Assembly: GCA_049968235.1 (NCBI GenBank) | Contig: JBMFRC010000011.1 | Location: 35,251-99,250, forward strand | DNA from: Candidatus Hydrogenedens sp. | GTDB lineage: Bacteria > Hydrogenedentota > Hydrogenedentia > Hydrogenedentales > Hydrogenedentaceae | Reading direction: 5' to 3' | Length of the DNA stretch: 64,000 nucleotides | Part shown: piece by piece, positions 39,462 to 48,437 of the stretch | Layout: every line of letters begins with the position of its first letter | Numbering within the stretch: position 1 is the first letter of the stretch | Position numbers and translations under genes: made by a program | Notes under the pieces: model-generated | The model's input: only the letters and a program-made list of their open reading frames with translations | The model's database searches: none | Told to the model about the DNA's origin: nothing

Positions 39462-40700
39462 ATGCAAGTTTTCAACTATACCGAAAATCAAAAATGGTTT
39501 GAAAGAGCAACTCGTGTTATTCCCTGTGGAGTATATGGACATTTCAGTCCTGCTCCATGTGTTCCGACGAATGCCTATCCTTTCTTTAGCACTCGTGCAG
39601 ATGGTTGTAAATTCTGGGATGTAGATGGAAACGAATTTATTGATTACATGTGTGCTTATGGTCCTATGATTATGGGGTATCACAATCCTGTGGTAGATGA
39701 AGCATTTATAAAACAATTGAAACAAGCGGATGCAAATAGTATTGCTTCTACCAAAATGGTGGAGTTGGCAGAGTTTTTAGTTGATTTAATTCCTGTAGCA
39801 GATTGGGCATTTTTTGCTAAGAATGGAGCGGATGTAACAAATTATGCAGTGATGATAGCACGGGCAGAAACAGGCAGGAAAAAAATTATTGCTATAAAGG
39901 GTGGGTATCATGGAACAGCACCCTGGATGCAGGGAATTGGTCATCCCGGGGTTACAGAAGAAGATGTAGTTAATGTCATTCGAATTCCATGGAATGACCT
40001 GAAAGCATTGGAACAAGCACTGGAAGAAAACTATGGACAGGTTGCTGGCTTTATTTCTTCTCCATATCATCACCCTGTATTTACAGATAATGAGTATCCT
40101 GCAGAAGGTTACTGGGATGGTGTTCAGAAGTTATTAAAGAAACATGGTGTTGTTTTAATCTGCGATGATGTTCGTGCAGGTTTTCGACTTCATTTAGGGG
40201 GTTCTAACGAATATTTTAAGTTCAAACCTGACCTGATATGTTTTTGTAAAGCTATTGCCAATGGCTATCCGATATCTGCACTTGTGGGCAAAGAAGAATT
40301 AAAAGTAACAGCATCGAAGGTATTTCATACCGGCAGTTATTGGTATTCTGCTGCATTTATGTCTGCTGCCATAGCCAACCTTAATGAATTAAAAAGACTA
40401 AAGGCACCGGAATATCTGGAACAATTGGGGAACAAATTTAATGAAGGACTAATTAAATTAGCAAGAGATTATGGATTTAATTTGAAAGTTACAGGGCATC
40501 CTGCAATGGCATATTATCGGATTACAGATGACCCGAGTTTACAACTTCATCAAAGATGGTGTGCGGAATGCACACGACGGGGTGCTTTTTTCACTTCACA
40601 CCACAATTGGTTCTTATCGATGGCGCACACGGATGCGGACATTCAAAAAACATGGGAAATTTGCGAGGAAGCATTTAAGGTAATAAAATCATCTATATAA
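39462..40700 (+). CDS. class-III PLP-dependent aminotransferase (glutamate-1-semialdehyde aminomutase-like fold)
   Basis: GSA-aminomutase-like N-terminus (RATRVIPCGV...), DDVRAGFRLHLGGS block and PLP-Lys region (ICFCKAIANGYPISALVGK). RBS AAGGAG. Confidence 0.8.
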   Translation: MQVFNYTENQKWFERATRVIPCGVYGHFSPAPCVPTNAYPFFSTRADGCKFWDVDGNEFIDYMCAYGPMIMGYHNPVVDEAFIKQLKQADANSIASTKMVELAEFLVDLIPVADWAFFAKNGADVTNYAVMIARAETGRKKIIAIKGGYHGTAPWMQGIGHPGVTEEDVVNVIRIPWNDLKALEQALEENYGQVAGFISSPYHHPVFTDNEYPAEGYWDGVQKLLKKHGVVLICDDVRAGFRLHLGGSNEYFKFKPDLICFCKAIANGYPISALVGKEELKVTASKVFHTGSYWYSAAFMSAAIANLNELKRLKAPEYLEQLGNKFNEGLIKLARDYGFNLKVTGHPAMAYYRITDDPSLQLHQRWCAECTRRGAFFTSHHNWFLSMAHTDADIQKTWEICEEAFKVIKSSI

Positions 40701-40732
40701 TATTAAAAAGATTTGTAGAGGAGTAATCAATT

Positions 40733-41578
40733 ATGCCCTTAACAGAACTGGAACACAAAGAACTTAAAACTATTGCAAAAAAGATAAGAAAGGACATTGT
40801 AGATGTTACCCATTGGTCAGGAGGAAGTCATATCGGTGGGTCTTTAAGCATGGTGGATTTTATGGTTGTTCTTTACTGGAAATATATGCGAATAGATCCT
40901 AAAAATCCATCGTGGGAAGACAGAGACCGTCTGGTATTGAGTAAAGGACATGGAGGTGTAGGACATGCTGTTATCCTTGCAAATCGTGGTTATTTTGATT
41001 TTGAACTATTAAAAGAATTCAATCAATTTGGTTCTGCTTTTGGTATGCATTTAGATTCTAAAAAAGCCACCGGAGTTGAAGCCTCTACGGGTTCTATGGG
41101 GCATGGTCTTTCTCAGGCACTGGGCATGGCTTTAGGAGCCCGGGTATTAAAAAAAGATTGGAAAATTTACGCCGTTATTGGTGATGGTGAGTGTAATGAA
41201 GGTTCCATCTGGGAGTCAGCTATGGCTGCAAGTCATTATAAGACTGGCAACCTTATTGGCTTTTTAGACCGTAACCATATGATGATTGATGGACCCACGG
41301 AGTCGGTTATGAGTCTGGAACCCATTGATAAGAAATGGGAAGCATTCGGTTGGTATACACAGGTCATTAATGGCCATGATATGTCCCAGATATGCGATGC
41401 CATTGATAAAGCACTCGCTTATAACGAAGGACCTTCCATGATTATATGTGATACTATCAAAGGCAAAGGTGTCGATTTCATGGAAAACAATCCGGCATGG
41501 CATTATGGCGGACTTAATGCTGAACAAGCGGAAAAAGCAAAACTTTCTATAGATAAAATGTATCCAGATGTCTCATAA
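40733..41578 (+). CDS. transketolase, N-terminal (TPP-binding) subunit
   Basis: HIGGSLSMVDFMVVLY...NPSWEDRDRLVLSKGHG and TPP motif GDGECNEGSIWE. Confidence 0.85.
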   Translation: MPLTELEHKELKTIAKKIRKDIVDVTHWSGGSHIGGSLSMVDFMVVLYWKYMRIDPKNPSWEDRDRLVLSKGHGGVGHAVILANRGYFDFELLKEFNQFGSAFGMHLDSKKATGVEASTGSMGHGLSQALGMALGARVLKKDWKIYAVIGDGECNEGSIWESAMAASHYKTGNLIGFLDRNHMMIDGPTESVMSLEPIDKKWEAFGWYTQVINGHDMSQICDAIDKALAYNEGPSMIICDTIKGKGVDFMENNPAWHYGGLNAEQAEKAKLSIDKMYPDVS

Positions 41579-41611
41579 AAATTAACCCATTATATTGATA
41601 GGAGAAGTAAT

Positions 41612-42628
41612 ATGAGCCCTGTGGGAGGTTTAACATGGACGGTATATGATGCCGACAAAATGACCCAAGCAGAAACATACGGACTTGTTTTAAGTGAATT
41701 GGGGAAAATAAACCCCAAAATAGTAGGTCTTTCCGCAGACTTAGCCAAGTCCACTAAAATTGGGAAGTTTGGAGAGAAATTTCCAGAGCGTTTTTTTAAT
41801 TTAGGTATAGCGGAACAAAATATGTTTGGTGTAGCGGCAGGTTTAGCTAAAGTAGGACTTTTACCTTTTGTCTCTACATTTTCAGTTTTTGCATCCATGC
41901 GTGCAGTAGAATTTTTAAGAACTGATATTTGCTATCAGAATTTAAATGTAAAAATTATAGCAACGCATGGTGGAACCTCCTTTGGTTCTGCGGGGACAAC
42001 GCACCATTCTATAGAAGACCTTTCTATTATCCGTGCTATCCCTAATATACAACTTATTGTGCCTGCAGATGCGGTTGAAACAGCATTAGCGGTTCAGGCA
42101 TGTGTGGAAGTTGAAGGTCCTGTATATATACGAATTGGACGCAGTTTCGAACCTCGTGTGTATCAAACAGACCAATACGGGTTTCAAATTGGTAAAGCGG
42201 TAGAAATGAAATCTGGCACAGATGTAACGGTTATAGCTTGTGGTGCAGTTGTTTACCATGCTGTAGAAGCGGCGAATATCCTGGAACGGGAAGATGGTAT
42301 ATCGGTTCGCGTCTTAAATATGCACACCATCAAACCCATTGACCGTGAAGCCATTTTGAAAGCACTTATGGAAACACGAAGGATTGTTACTTTTGAAGAC
42401 CATAATGTTATTGGTGGTTTAGGTAGTGCGGTAAGTGAAGTAATTGCAGAAAGTGGGAAATCGTGTGCATTTACTAAGGTAGGGATACCCGACCAGTTCA
42501 CACCTCACGGTTATCCTGAGGATTTGATGCATTATTATAAAATTGATACAGATGGTATTGTAGAAAAGGTTAGAGAATTGCTTGGAAAGGAATTTGAAAA
42601 AGAAGAAGACTGGGAGGATGAATACTAA
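41612..42628 (+). CDS. transketolase, C-terminal (pyrimidine-binding) subunit
   Basis: ETYGLVLSELGKINPKIVGLSADLAKSTK, ...FNLGIAEQNMFGVAAGLA..., C-terminal transketolase-C domain. Its stop overlaps the next ATG (TAATG). Confidence 0.85.
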   Translation: MSPVGGLTWTVYDADKMTQAETYGLVLSELGKINPKIVGLSADLAKSTKIGKFGEKFPERFFNLGIAEQNMFGVAAGLAKVGLLPFVSTFSVFASMRAVEFLRTDICYQNLNVKIIATHGGTSFGSAGTTHHSIEDLSIIRAIPNIQLIVPADAVETALAVQACVEVEGPVYIRIGRSFEPRVYQTDQYGFQIGKAVEMKSGTDVTVIACGAVVYHAVEAANILEREDGISVRVLNMHTIKPIDREAILKALMETRRIVTFEDHNVIGGLGSAVSEVIAESGKSCAFTKVGIPDQFTPHGYPEDLMHYYKIDTDGIVEKVRELLGKEFEKEEDWEDEY

Positions 42629-43407
42629 TGGTGGAAAATGAAAAGGATATTTTAATTTCAAAAATCATCTTACGAGCGGTTCTACCTGTTATAAAGGTAT
42701 TATTAGAAGACCATCCTGCATTTCAGAAACGGTTTAAGGATGTTCAAGGCACGGTTCAATTTACAGCCCGAAATGGGGAACAAACCGCTGGAGCCTGTAT
42801 AAAATTTGATAAGTTAAATTTTGAAATATCTTATGAATTGTTAGAAAAACCGGATATAAGTTTTCATTTTAGTTCATTGAAAAAGATGAATGATTTTTTT
42901 ACAGGCAAATTAGTTTTACCTAAAATTAAAGGGTTTAAAAATTTCTCTTTACTGTGGAGAATGTTTAGTGTTCTTTTGAAATTAAAATTACTTATGCCGG
43001 ATGCCAGGCCTAAAAATCCGGTCGATAAAAGAATTAAAGTTAAAATGACTTTATACATGGTGTCAACTGCTTTAAGTCAGTTAAACAAATCCGGTGATGT
43101 TGATATGGTCAAGTGGACATCAAAACAGCCGGAACGAATATATCAGTGGTCCGTAGATAACGAAGATATTGCATGCTGGCTGAAAATCAAAGCGGGACAA
43201 TCCAAAGCAGGAAGGGGGTATTATACTTTACGAAAGCCGTTTGTCCACATGCGTTTTCCGGATATAGACTCTGCGATACCTGTATTAACAAACTCCGTAG
43301 ATACGGTTCAAGCCATGGCACAGGGCTTACTAATCACGGAAGGTTCCCCGGAGTATGCAGCAAAGTTGGGTGATTTTATGTTAAAAATAGCCGAATTGCT
43401 AACATAA
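42628..43407 (+). CDS. hypothetical SCP2-like protein, paralog of 38641..39441
   Basis: Collinear similarity to the 38641 ORF (RAVLPVIKVLLEDHPAF / KAVLPTLVDLVQLDKPA; GKLVLPKIKGFKNFSLL / GKLPFLLKGFTRISFL). Translationally coupled to the transketolase C-subunit. Confidence 0.4.
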   Translation: MVENEKDILISKIILRAVLPVIKVLLEDHPAFQKRFKDVQGTVQFTARNGEQTAGACIKFDKLNFEISYELLEKPDISFHFSSLKKMNDFFTGKLVLPKIKGFKNFSLLWRMFSVLLKLKLLMPDARPKNPVDKRIKVKMTLYMVSTALSQLNKSGDVDMVKWTSKQPERIYQWSVDNEDIACWLKIKAGQSKAGRGYYTLRKPFVHMRFPDIDSAIPVLTNSVDTVQAMAQGLLITEGSPEYAAKLGDFMLKIAELLT

Positions 43408-43551
43408 AACATTGTAAAAAATTATTTAATTTTTTCTGAATAAACATCCTTTCATATCTTACTTTGTCCATTATTCTTCAAGTTGTAAATTCCATTTTAA
43501 AATCAATACTATAATTACACTTTTTACTTAAACTTCAATTTATTTTTAAAG

Positions 43552-45015
43552 ATGAAACAGGAAGTAACATTAAAATTAGCATTAATTCCATGCATTATTC
43601 TTATTTCTTTATTAGTCATTAATGTCTGGATATTTGGAGATGAGGCTACTTCGGGACCCTGTCAGGTTGCTCTTCTGATATCCTCCATTATAGGAGGGAT
43701 TATTGGTCATACGAAATTAGGGCTTTCTTACAGAGAAATAGAACGAAATGCAATACATTCAATTGTTCTTGCGATGGAAGCCATTATTATTCTCCTGGTC
43801 GTGGGTGCAACAATTGCTTTATGGATTCAAGGAGGTATTGTGCCAAGTATTATTTACTATGGCATCCAGATACTAACCGCTAAATCCTTTCCTATAGTAG
43901 CCTGCATTATTTGTTCCATCGTTTCATTAGCCATTGGGAGTAGTTGGTCCACAATGGGTACGATTGGGGTAGCCCTTATGGGGATTGGAAAAGCCTTAGG
44001 CTATTCAGAATCTCTGGTGGCGGGGGCTATTATTTCAGGTGCCTATCTTGGAGATAAAATGTCTCCCCTATCCGATACTACCAATCTTGCACCTGCCGTT
44101 AGTGGAACCAATCTTTTTAGACATATAAGGAACATGCTAAACACAACTATACCTGCTTATATTCTGACTTTAATTATTTTTCTTTGTATTGGATTGTTCT
44201 CACATACAAAAGGACAGGACATTCTCCAAACAGATGAAATTATTCGGGGTTTGGAACAGAATTTTTTTATTCATTGGTCTTTCTTTATCGTTCCTCTTAT
44301 TGTTATTCTCCTTGCTATAAAACAAACGCCCGCAATACCGGCACTTACAGTGGGTTGTATTTTAGGAGGAATACTTGCGTTTGCATTCCAAAATAGTTAT
44401 CCTGAAAATGTCCATCAAATTCCTTCCTTTATCTCCAAAAATTATAAAAGTATCATTTATGTGGCTTACCATGGATACAAATTAGAGAGTGGTATTCCTG
44501 TTCTGGATGATTTATTATCTGCGGGTGGTATGGAAAGAATGTTTTCTACAATTTCTCTTATTATTATGGCAATGTTATTTGGAGGTGTGATGGAAGCCAC
44601 AGGAATGCTTCAGAAGATAGCGGAATCTATATTGAACCATGTTCATTCTGCAGGGGGATTAATGATTTCTACAGTATTGAGTTGCATCATTTTTAACATA
44701 TTAGCAGCGGAACAATATTTAGCCATTGTTATACCCGGTAGAATGTATCGGGCATCATATATAGCGAGACATCTGGATATGAGGAATTTATCCCGGACCT
44801 TAGAAGATGGTGCGACTGTAACCTCTGTATTAGTTCCATGGAATACCTGCGGAGCCTTCGCAAGTTCCGTTTTAGGGACTTCTACATTTCATTATCTCCC
44901 CTTTTGTTTCTTTAACTGGATAACGCCTATAGTATCCATTCTTATGTCTATGATAAATTATAATATTATTCCTGCGGAGAAACAGGAAAATGAAACACAA
45001 ACACACAAAGAATGA
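43552..45015 (+). CDS. NhaC-family Na+/H+ antiporter
   Basis: About 12 TM helices, length and N-terminal pattern (…LISLLVINVWIFGDEATSGP…) consistent with the NhaC family. Confidence 0.65.
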   Translation: MKQEVTLKLALIPCIILISLLVINVWIFGDEATSGPCQVALLISSIIGGIIGHTKLGLSYREIERNAIHSIVLAMEAIIILLVVGATIALWIQGGIVPSIIYYGIQILTAKSFPIVACIICSIVSLAIGSSWSTMGTIGVALMGIGKALGYSESLVAGAIISGAYLGDKMSPLSDTTNLAPAVSGTNLFRHIRNMLNTTIPAYILTLIIFLCIGLFSHTKGQDILQTDEIIRGLEQNFFIHWSFFIVPLIVILLAIKQTPAIPALTVGCILGGILAFAFQNSYPENVHQIPSFISKNYKSIIYVAYHGYKLESGIPVLDDLLSAGGMERMFSTISLIIMAMLFGGVMEATGMLQKIAESILNHVHSAGGLMISTVLSCIIFNILAAEQYLAIVIPGRMYRASYIARHLDMRNLSRTLEDGATVTSVLVPWNTCGAFASSVLGTSTFHYLPFCFFNWITPIVSILMSMINYNIIPAEKQENETQTHKE

Positions 45016-45039
45016 GTGTATTTACATCAAGGAAAGAAA

Positions 45040-46011
45040 ATGGCTTTAACCTTAACCCATATATATAAGCCTATTCAGGAACAAATATTAAAGGTAGCAG
45101 AAGAAGTTCAAAAAATATGGGAAGATGCATTAAAACTTGTAAATATAGATTTTTCTATGGCACCTAAGGCAAAAGGGAAGTTGCTCCGACCTGCTGTATG
45201 TTTGTTATCTGCAGGGGCTATTGGTGAGGAAGACCTAAATACCTATATATCTCTGGGAACTGCCTTTGAATTACTTCATCTGGCATCACTTACACACGAT
45301 GATGTTATTGACCGAGCGGTTCTCCGTCGAGGTGGACAATCCTTAAATATACTCTGGGATAACCATGCTGCGGTATTGGGAGGGGATTATTTAGTTGCAA
45401 GAGCTATCGAACTTTTAGGAATTTACAAAAACTATGAACTTATTATCAATGCAGTTCAATGTGTTCGTGAAATGGCAGAAGGTGAATTAAAATTTTTTGC
45501 CAAGCCTATAGAAACTTTTACTCTGGAAGACTGCACAGAGTTAGCCAAGAAAAAAACGGCTATGTTATTTGCTCGTTCCGCTTCTTCTTCTGCTCTTATA
45601 AAAAAATCGCCTGTCATGGAGACATTGTTCCGTTTCGGGGAAAACATTGGTATTGCATTTCAATTTATTGATGACTTATTGGATTTAACACAGGATACAA
45701 ATATTTTAGGGAAACCCAGATATAGTGACATCTACGAACAAAAAGTTACTTTGCCCATATTAACTTTATGGAACAAATTAACAGATAAAGAAAAGGAACA
45801 ATTTTTACATATTTTTGGCAAATCCATTGAAAAAAAAGAACAACAATGGTTAGAACAAAATATAAAGAAGTATAAAATTGAGGAAGATTTATTACAACAT
45901 ACGGAACGACTTAAACTTACAGCAATAGAAGAATTAAATCGTCTGCCGGATAGTATTTACAAAGATTCTTTAATACAACTATGTTACTTTGTGGTTCAAC
46001 GAGAAAATTAA
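45040..46011 (+). CDS. trans-polyprenyl diphosphate synthase (IspB/HepT-like)
   Basis: First and second Asp-rich motifs (LLHLASLTHDDVIDRAVLRRG and FQFIDDLLDL). Start chosen at the ATG after AAGGAAAG rather than the abutting GTG at 45016. Confidence 0.8.
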   Translation: MALTLTHIYKPIQEQILKVAEEVQKIWEDALKLVNIDFSMAPKAKGKLLRPAVCLLSAGAIGEEDLNTYISLGTAFELLHLASLTHDDVIDRAVLRRGGQSLNILWDNHAAVLGGDYLVARAIELLGIYKNYELIINAVQCVREMAEGELKFFAKPIETFTLEDCTELAKKKTAMLFARSASSSALIKKSPVMETLFRFGENIGIAFQFIDDLLDLTQDTNILGKPRYSDIYEQKVTLPILTLWNKLTDKEKEQFLHIFGKSIEKKEQQWLEQNIKKYKIEEDLLQHTERLKLTAIEELNRLPDSIYKDSLIQLCYFVVQREN

Positions 46012-46039
46012 TTGAATAAAAAACTCGGAATTTTCGTCC

Positions 46040-46639
46040 ATGATAAATAAGGATATTAGAACTTCCAGTAATGAAATACAAGACAAAGAACTTGTAGAAC
46101 GAATAAAAAAAGGTAATGAAGAAGCCTTTGATATTTTGATAAAAAGATATTATAACATGGTTTATTTCACCTGTATAAAAAAATTATATAATCCGGATAT
46201 TTCCAGAGAGGCAACACAGGATATTTTTATAAAAGTATGGAAAAGTATAAATACATGTGTAGATGGGACTTATTTTGTTTCCTGGCTTATGACGATAGCC
46301 AGGAATCATTGTATAGACATTTTGCGGAAAGAAAGAAACCGCAAAGAACGCGAGATTTCTATAGAATCCTTCGAAAATTCAGATAATATCTCCCCGTCTG
46401 CTTTTGAACATTCAAGTATAGACAAAAGTCTCGAATTTGAATACTTGAACATTCTCGTTGAACAACTTCCGGAACCCCAACGTATTGTATTCCAAAAAAG
46501 ATTGGAAGGTTGGAGCGTTCAAGAAATAGCGGATAACTTAAATTGTCCATTAGGCACTGTTTTGAGCAGGTTTTCTTTAGCCAAAAGAAAAATATATGAA
46601 CAGATGAAAAAGGCAAATATAACATTTAAGGAACTTTAA
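46040..46639 (+). CDS. ECF-subfamily RNA polymerase sigma-70 factor
   Basis: Region 2 (…YYNMVYFTCIKKLYNPDISREATQDIFIKVWKSI…) and region 4 HTH (…GWSVQEIADNLNCPLGTVLSRFSLAKRKIYE…). Confidence 0.8.
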   Translation: MINKDIRTSSNEIQDKELVERIKKGNEEAFDILIKRYYNMVYFTCIKKLYNPDISREATQDIFIKVWKSINTCVDGTYFVSWLMTIARNHCIDILRKERNRKEREISIESFENSDNISPSAFEHSSIDKSLEFEYLNILVEQLPEPQRIVFQKRLEGWSVQEIADNLNCPLGTVLSRFSLAKRKIYEQMKKANITFKEL

Positions 46640-46676
46640 GATATAAGGATAAGTAATAAATTACAGGGAAAGTAAT

Positions 46677-47183
46677 ATGAAAGATAACAGGATTTTAGAA
46701 TTATTTGAAGATAATAAAAATTTGATTAACTGTCCTCACTTTGAAACAATCGTAGAACAAATTGAATTATCTCAGGGAAAACCTACACAGGAGGTATTAG
46801 CACACATACAGAAATGTACTGAGTGTAGCAATTATTTTTCCTTCTGGCAGGAAATGGAGCAGGTTATTTCCTGGAACAACTCTCAAATGGGTAAAGCAAT
46901 TATATCGGAATGGGAACAACAACAATCTATACAAAAAATCAAACAATCAATAAAGAAAAAACAATATCAAAAGAAATTACTCATCTGGAGTGCTTTAAGC
47001 ATTGCTGCGGGGATTTTATTTCTTATATTAGCCCTCTTTTATTTTATTCCTGCTACGCAACCGCCTTCTGTTCAAGCCATAGAACAACCCGCTTCGACAC
47101 AACTTCCGGTTTCTGGTTATTCAGGAAATTCTATCCCGTATGATACCGCACCTGAGATAAGAACTCCGGATAAAGATTTGTAA
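46677..47183 (+). CDS. putative anti-sigma factor (zinc-finger N-terminus, single TM)
   Basis: Immediately downstream of the ECF sigma gene. CPHFETIV...HIQKCTECSNYF (putative C-x-x-H...C-x-x-C ZAS-like motif). One TM helix (LLIWSALSIAAGILFLILALFYFI). Periplasmic C-terminal tail. Confidence 0.55.
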   Translation: MKDNRILELFEDNKNLINCPHFETIVEQIELSQGKPTQEVLAHIQKCTECSNYFSFWQEMEQVISWNNSQMGKAIISEWEQQQSIQKIKQSIKKKQYQKKLLIWSALSIAAGILFLILALFYFIPATQPPSVQAIEQPASTQLPVSGYSGNSIPYDTAPEIRTPDKDL

Positions 47184-47187
47184 TTAG

Positions 47188-48096
47188 CTATTCAAGATTT
47201 ATAACAAAAGTTCTGTCTTCCTGAAGTCCCTGCACCACTTCTCTCCCTGGAATTAAAGATTGCCGTGCAAAATTTATATTAGATAACCCAAAAGTATGAA
47301 CTTCTATTTTATGAGTATGTACATAAAATTCACGAAATTCCATAGGATATTCACACAAAGCAGATGTAGTTACCTGAACAATATTTTTAGAATGGATAAC
47401 ATAATTCATGTGCATATGCCCTGAGAGAATAATACAGGGACGAGGATGTTTATACAACAATTCCAGTATTTCTTCTGCATTTGATAAAATACCACTATCT
47501 TTATATCCTTTAAATTTACATCTATCTGGAATAGGAAATAACGGGGTATGAATAGAAACAACTATAGGATAATTTTTATGTTCTTTTAATTCTTTTTCCA
47601 ACCACTGCAAGTGTTCCTTTGATAAAACCCATTGAAAGCCCTTGTGACTCTCTTTCATATTTATATGATGTTCCGGGTCCCGAACTGCATGAATTGTAGA
47701 GTCGTTCCACATCCAGCTGACTTCTAACATGCAAAATCGCAAATTTTTATGAGTAAATGCGTAAGTAAACTCACCCTCAGGAAGTTCTGTATCAAAATAT
47801 TTCAATTCACGTTCGCGAATTTGATGAGTACTTAAATCGTGATTTCCACCCAAAAGATACACGGGTATCCTGAAAGAATTAAACAAATCCTTTATTTTTT
47901 TGGGGACAACATCATCTTCACAAGAACAAATATCACCTGTTATGATGATAAATTCCGGAGAATAAACAAGGACATCATTCAAAAAACACTGGAATATATC
48001 AAAGGATTTTGTAGTTAGAATACGATTATTCCACATTCCATCCGGGTCATACCCTAAATGTAAATCCGAACATTGAATAAACGCCCATGGTTTCAT
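47188..48096 (-). CDS. calcineurin-like metallophosphoesterase
   Basis: Motifs D-x-H (CSDLHLG), GD (ITGDICS), GNH(D/E) (LGGNHDL), histidine-rich C-terminal motifs (SGHMHMN). Confidence 0.7.
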   Translation of the reverse strand: MKPWAFIQCSDLHLGYDPDGMWNNRILTTKSFDIFQCFLNDVLVYSPEFIIITGDICSCEDDVVPKKIKDLFNSFRIPVYLLGGNHDLSTHQIRERELKYFDTELPEGEFTYAFTHKNLRFCMLEVSWMWNDSTIHAVRDPEHHINMKESHKGFQWVLSKEHLQWLEKELKEHKNYPIVVSIHTPLFPIPDRCKFKGYKDSGILSNAEEILELLYKHPRPCIILSGHMHMNYVIHSKNIVQVTTSALCEYPMEFREFYVHTHKIEVHTFGLSNINFARQSLIPGREVVQGLQEDRTFVINLE

Positions 48097-48127
48097 GTAA
48101 AAACTTCCATTTCAAACAATTATCCTT

Positions 48128-48304
48128 TTAGTCATGAGGTCGTCTATTTAAAACCGCTAAGACGACACCAACAATTCCCACAATCCAAAAAATCCACACG
48201 GGACGACTTGATATAATTTGTAAAGATTCCGGTAAAACTCCCATAAAGATAGCCAATCCCGTACCAAAGCCAAAAAGCATAAGTAAAATAGCAATAATCG
48301 TCAT
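48128..48304 (-). CDS. small (58 aa) two-TM membrane protein, not in the supplied ORF track
   Basis: My own translation in an alternative minus frame: MTIIAILLMLFGFGTGLAIFMGVLPESLQIISSRPVWIFWIVGIVGVVLAVLNRRPHD, preceded by AAGGAAG. The track ORF 48144..48329 in another frame is low-complexity and lacks an RBS. Confidence 0.35.
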   Translation of the reverse strand: MTIIAILLMLFGFGTGLAIFMGVLPESLQIISSRPVWIFWIVGIVGVVLAVLNRRPHD

Positions 48305-48437
48305 CTGCCTTCTTCCTTAATATTTCCATTTAGAAATTAATAAACATTATAAAATACAATATTCCTAAGTGCAACATAAAAACAAAATTACAATAAGAGA
48401 TACTTCGAGAAAAGACATTTTATAAAGGTCAACTTCT

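Noticed and set aside
40733-42628. Possibility that the split TPP enzyme is the missing E1 of the E2/E3 pair at 2557..5308
   Set aside because: The motifs (GSHIGGSLSMVD...DRDRLVLSKGHG, GDGECNEG, C-terminal transketolase domain) are transketolase-type, not E1 alpha/beta. It is also 36 kb away in a different operon.
48144-48329. Track ORF of 61 aa (MEILRKKADDDYCYF...)
   Set aside because: An alternative frame on the same strand gives a convincing two-TM peptide with a good RBS (reported as 48128..48304). This frame is low-complexity and lacks an RBS.
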